Source: Basidiobolus meristosporus CBS 931.73 | Taxonomy: Eukaryota; Fungi; Basidiobolomycota | Assembly (NCBI GenBank): GCA_002104905.1 | Contig: MCFE01000097.1 | Location: 1-64,000 of the forward strand | DNA length: 64,000 bases | Direction: 5' to 3' | In this document: piece by piece, positions 59,453 to 64,000 of the stretch | How positions within the stretch are numbered: position 1 is the first letter of the stretch | Layout: each line of letters starts with the position of its first letter | The notes under the pieces: model-generated | What the model was told of the DNA's origin: nothing | Database searches by the model: none | The model's input: the letters and a program-made list of their open reading frames with translations, nothing else | Program-made: the position numbers and the translations under genes

Positions 59453-60752
59453 AAGTGCTTAGATACTGCAGTAAATTAAATCACATAACACTCACGCTTG
59501 CCACTTGAAACAATAAATATAATACGTATTCAAGCGCATGTTCACACAGCTTGAATATTAGACACTCTCCGAATGTTATTACCGTTGACAAAAACCACTG
59601 GGCGGGAATAATATAGTGAGCTACAGAGTTGGAAGTAGCCTAATGCCAATTAAAGATAAAGTTTTATACAGTATTTTTAGATCTTAATAACAGATCTGAA
59701 TACTAGGCTACCCATTTCGAAGTTTCTTCCGATAAATGGTCCGTAAAACCCAAGGTATGTACTCTGGAGAGTGAAGTGACTCCCTGCATCTGATAGAGAT
59801 CAGTTATGCATCACCATTTATCATACATGTTAAAACTTTAGATCGGCTTCGCAGGCATGTACAGCACAAGCACCCAGTGACTGATTTTCCCGGAGGATAA
59901 TGCCAGATTTTTGTGTTAGGCTTTCAGTTATGTGTTGTACAGTGGAGATATTCTCTAATTGCTGATATCAATTCATTGGCAATCAATCGCCTTGCCCAAA
60001 CGTTTTTAAAGTTGTCCGGTATGTTAAGCTCTCCCTACGCAATAAGAAAAATCCAACCAACATTTTTTCGATTTCCGTTTAGTCGAAGTGAGTACACATT
60101 GGAATAATAACTCATAAAAATTGGGACGGACTGCTATATACTTGGTGGAATTGCTGCGTTTACCCAAGGCACAACTAAACCCATCGCCTCAGGCCTGTTA
60201 CACTGTCACATATCGCAGTGTGCCATCTCAATGATAAAACCAAAAATGGGCAATAGACTGTTGATTATGTCATACAATAGGAACCATTACAGAAATAAAC
60301 CACAGCGATGCTTACACATGATAATCCTATGCTGTGGAATTTCCCAGCGATATTCCGAATATGTGGACAATCTCCATCAAGAAAGTCACATTCTCAATTG
60401 AATGTGGGATATCCTCAATCTTTACTAAATGATGCAATCAACGAACACTTGCCAACTAGGGGATTTGATCGACGCTATATGTTTCCCATAGGATGCGCAA
60501 TCATGGGACTTGCTACTTAGTGTAAGACGAGCTTCATTACGTGGGTATTTAGCATGCCGAAGGATACTGAACAATGCTAAGCAAGAGCGGTGTGAACGGT
60601 TCAGTAAAGATGAACACCCATTAAGGTATCTGCAAGCCCTGAGCTACCATATTTCCTGCCCTGAGTCACCATACCTACTACGTGATAACCATAAGTGCTG
60701 GAATAACATTCCCACCGTCCATATCTCGCACGGAAAGAGAGAGCTCAACTTG

Positions 60753-60759
60753 TATATAA
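60753..60759 (+). promoter_or_regulatory. Candidate TATA box of the subtilisin gene
   Basis: TATATAA ~45 bp upstream of ATG 60798. Confidence 0.45.
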
Positions 60760-60797
60760 GTGCTCCACTCACCATCTCTTGTCTTCAGTTCGAAACA

Positions 60798-62044
60798 ATG
60801 GTTAGCTTTAACTTCCTTGCAATCACCACTCTGGTCACCGTAGTATTCTCGAATGCCCTGGTTGAGGCTCAACTTGGGAAGCTGGAGAATCGCTATATTA
60901 TCAAACTGAAGAGCGAGGCCAACTCAAAGCAAGGTAAACTCCTCATTCCCGACATTATAATGGTTCGTACTAAAGATGATACCGTTTAGTTGACCAATTC
61001 TTGAAGTCGAAGTTGGATCAATATAACCGTGGTCGTAGTGGCGGCAATACTATTCGTAATGAACTACGTACTAGATTCAATATGGATACATTCAAGGCGT
61101 ATGCAGGAACTCTCAGCAAGGATCTGGTTTCCGAGTTGCGTAGCCATTCGGATATTGACTACATTGAGCCTGAACAAGTGTACACCCTGCATGAATCACA
61201 GACAAATCCTCCCAGCTGGGGCCTATCCAGAATCTCTCAAAGAGTGCTGAACCTGACTGCTCCATACTTGTATCCCGACTCAGCTGGAGAGGGAGTCGAT
61301 GTCTATGTAATCGACACTGGGATTTATGCTGCCCATCAAGACTTCGAGGGTAGAGCCAGTCTTCCTATCAGTTTCATCGATGGCGAAGCAGCAGAGGATC
61401 TAAACGGCCATGGAACACATGTTGCTGGAACCGTCGGTGGCAAGACTTTTGGTGTTGCCAAAAAAGCCAACCTGATTGGCGTCAAAGTATTAAGTGGGGC
61501 AGGTACTGGGAGCACATCTGGCGTGATTGCTGGTGTCAATTGGGTAGCGAACCAAGTAAAGTCTAGTGGACGCAAAAGTGTAGCCAATATGTCATTGGGT
61601 GGCGGTAAGAGTCAAGCTCTTGTCGCCGCTGTGGAGGCAGCTGTCAAAGCCGGTGTTAGTTTCATTGTTGCGGCTGGTAATGAAAGCCAAGATGCCTGTA
61701 ACTTTACACCAGCCAATGCACCATCCGCTTTTGCAGTTGGCTCCACCACCCAAACCGATTCTCGTCGATACACTAGTAATTGGGGAGCATGTGTTAAGCT
61801 CTCAGCTCCGGGAACTGAGATCAATTCAGCATACATAGGGGCAGTGGATGCCTCCAAGAAGCTCTCCGGCACCAGTATGGCAAGTCCACATGTTGCTGGT
61901 GTTGCCGCACTACTCTTAAGCAAGGGCACTGTGTCAACACCACAAGAAGTCTACGATGCTTTGACTTCTGCTGCGACCAAAGACGTGCTGACCGATCTCA
62001 AGGGGGCCACGCCTAATCTCCTATTATACAGCTCACAGGAGTAA
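60798..62044 (+). CDS. Secreted subtilisin-like serine protease (S8A, proteinase K type) with I9 prodomain, 2 exons
   Basis: Signal peptide, YIIKLK prodomain, SWGLSRI, catalytic VIDTG, NGHGTHVAG and SGTSMASPHVAG. Confidence 0.96.
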
Positions 62045-63022
62045 ATACTGGCATCCATTCGATGGATCTGGCTGAGTATGTATTTATGCACAACGCATCC
62101 AAACCCATCCAAGAAGTAAGATTAAGAATTAGTAAAACGAATTCTGCATTAAAACGTCCAATACAAATTTGAACAATATTCACATTATGTTTAAAGATCA
62201 CGAGGTCTGTTGCTTGGCTTTCTATACTTGGAAATACCCACTGCGGCTTGCATACGGTGAAAGATATACATCAAAATAGTAGATGGAATGGAATTCTGAG
62301 GGTTTAGGCGTGTTTTTCTTTGTCAAACATGAAATCATCATCACCTTTTGAATATGCTTGCACTGGGCTAAGAGAATATGTCAAGCACAAGTTGATATGT
62401 TTCATCGTGATCTGCTCAATCGAGATATGCTCATCTGCCATCTGTAAGTTGACTGGCTACTGGAGCACTACTATACAAACATTGGAAATTCCACCAATAC
62501 TACTTGAATATATGTGGCTACTGTTCCAAAATATGGCCTATGGAACAGTTATGTCTCACTTCTTTCGGGCTTTTATACCGCATGGTTGATGTCGTTGATA
62601 GCAGCTTCATAGCCCAGTTTAGAATAGGCCATTGCCATATTTCGTCTCCAGAATCATTAGCCAGATTTATAAGCCAGTCATATTTACATTATCAGGTTGC
62701 TTAAATTCCAACTGGAAGGTAGGGGTGATATGTAAAACATCTCAACAATGATGCCAGAAAAGGTAAGCTGGTCAGCCTGCATCCTATTTATGTGTGAGTA
62801 TGTACTGCATATGCATAGCACAGATAGAAGATCCAGTCGCCACAACTATAGGATTAAGTGGGTAGACTCCACCTTATTGTTCTATGTAGTACTTATTTGT
62901 TCTGTCTGTATATACTTGATGATGGTTTTACTAAGCACATCAACATCTCATCTGATCTTTTGGAAGCATAATCAATTGATGCGACAATATTGTTGTAGAT
63001 TTTGTATTTTAAACCCAAATAT

Positions 63023-63750
63023 TGTTGCAAGATTCTAGGGAGTTTTGGAAGTGATTCGGAGGACTAGAGGAATTGCATGATACTCGTTTGTTGTTTTTTT
63101 GAGGTCAATAATGTATTTATACGTTTAGGAGAACTTTGTAAAGCTAACAATAAGAATGTCTTATAGAGGGCTCCAGGAAGCTGTGTGCAAATACTGGAGG
63201 CTTTTGGACAAGTTTGAGAATACAGATAACTTCCAGACCTTAACTAATTCCGAGAATTATCCAAAATCTTACATACTAAATCTTGACAAAACAAGCACAT
63301 GGAAGTACTCTAAGAGCATGTATGTAAGTAAATCCTGACAAGGAATTTGGTCAGAATTCTCAAAGAGTTGTAGGTAACAATCCAAGTGACTAAGTTAGGT
63401 GAATATTTAGGTAAATTGGGGCAGGAAATATCAAGGTTTATAAGCAGTGTTCTCAGTAACTAAGTTGATGGACTATTTAGGTGGAAAAAAGTTGCAAGAT
63501 TCTAACAAGTATTGGAAGTGATTTAGAATACTAGAAGAGTTACATATTGTTTGCCTATTGTTTTATTGAGTTCAAATAAAGTATATATACTTTTAGGGGA
63601 ACTTCTTAAGCCTAATCATATGGATGCTTTAAGAAAGGTCCAAGGAAATAGTGTACAAAGTTTCAGGGGCTTTTGGACCAGTTACCATTTCTTGATCAGT
63701 GGAATATGGGATCATTCAGGTTTAGTCACTCCTGAGTATGGCTCAAAATT
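63023..63750 (-). repeat. Two diverged LTR-B-related copies
   Basis: TGTTGCAAGA...GGAAGTGATT and GACTAAGTTAGGTGAATATTTAGGT match the LTR-B reverse complement; second copy from ~63490. Confidence 0.7.
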
Positions 63751-64000
63751 AGGAATATCGCCATAGCTATTCTAATGAGTTCTCAAAGATACTCAAAAGC
63801 CTATCTAATAGCAGAGCAACTGAAGGAAAGCGTATAACTTGTAGGTGTTTTGTCAGATAGTGTATGAAGGATTAATAGGCTTGTTACAGGTAGATACACT
63901 AAATAGCAGTATATTGAGCCAACTTGGCCGTGCAGAATAGCTCAAGTGATCATGGTATCAGCAAGATTTGATTGATATAACAATTATCAGTTTAAGAATG

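Noticed and set aside
39000-62300. tRNA/rRNA/snRNA genes in intergenic gaps
   Set aside because: No cloverleaf, T-loop/A-B box pair or rRNA signature recognised by eye; tRNAscan-SE/Infernal would be needed to exclude them.
62300-63000. Possible CACTA remnant (IWPMEQLC) in the CpG-poor tail
   Set aside because: A single weak motif without correctly spaced neighbours.
63760-64000. Possible minus-strand copia integrase remnant (YLVYL...KTP)
   Set aside because: Too degenerate and short to support a feature call.

Overview
This is a eukaryotic, almost certainly fungal, window. Short GT-AG introns with CTAAC/CTGAC-type branch points and the gene set suggest an early-diverging fungus; a Basidiobolus-like organism is plausible but is inference only. 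It has three compartments. (1) 1 to ~39,000 is a CpG-depleted block of dead, nested transposons: one complete but degenerate Ty1/copia element (6351-11273); a second copia family with ~18 copies of a ~350-bp LTR, several solo LTRs inserted into its own coding sequence, and a 16.3-kb nested block bounded by a 5-bp TSD; a Ty3/gypsy gag-protease fragment; a CACTA/EnSpm transposase remnant; a PIF/Harbinger-type (PHIS) family present as a full-length element, an internally deleted copy and a 732-bp fold-back MITE; and four pieces of an orphan repeated gene. (2) ~39,100-62,200 is a gene-dense island with normal CpG content: GNA1-like acetyltransferase, S9 peptidase with the catalytic Ser replaced by Phe, divergent serine palmitoyltransferase LCB2-like gene, mitochondrial carrier, Sel1-repeat protein, MOB2, sulfide:quinone oxidoreductase, then four co-oriented secreted-protein genes (Cys-rich, Ser/Thr-rich, CAP, subtilisin). 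(3) From ~62,300 repeat-like DNA resumes. I recognised no rRNA, tRNA or CRISPR array. Alignments and splice models were made by eye, and boundaries of degenerate elements are approximate.
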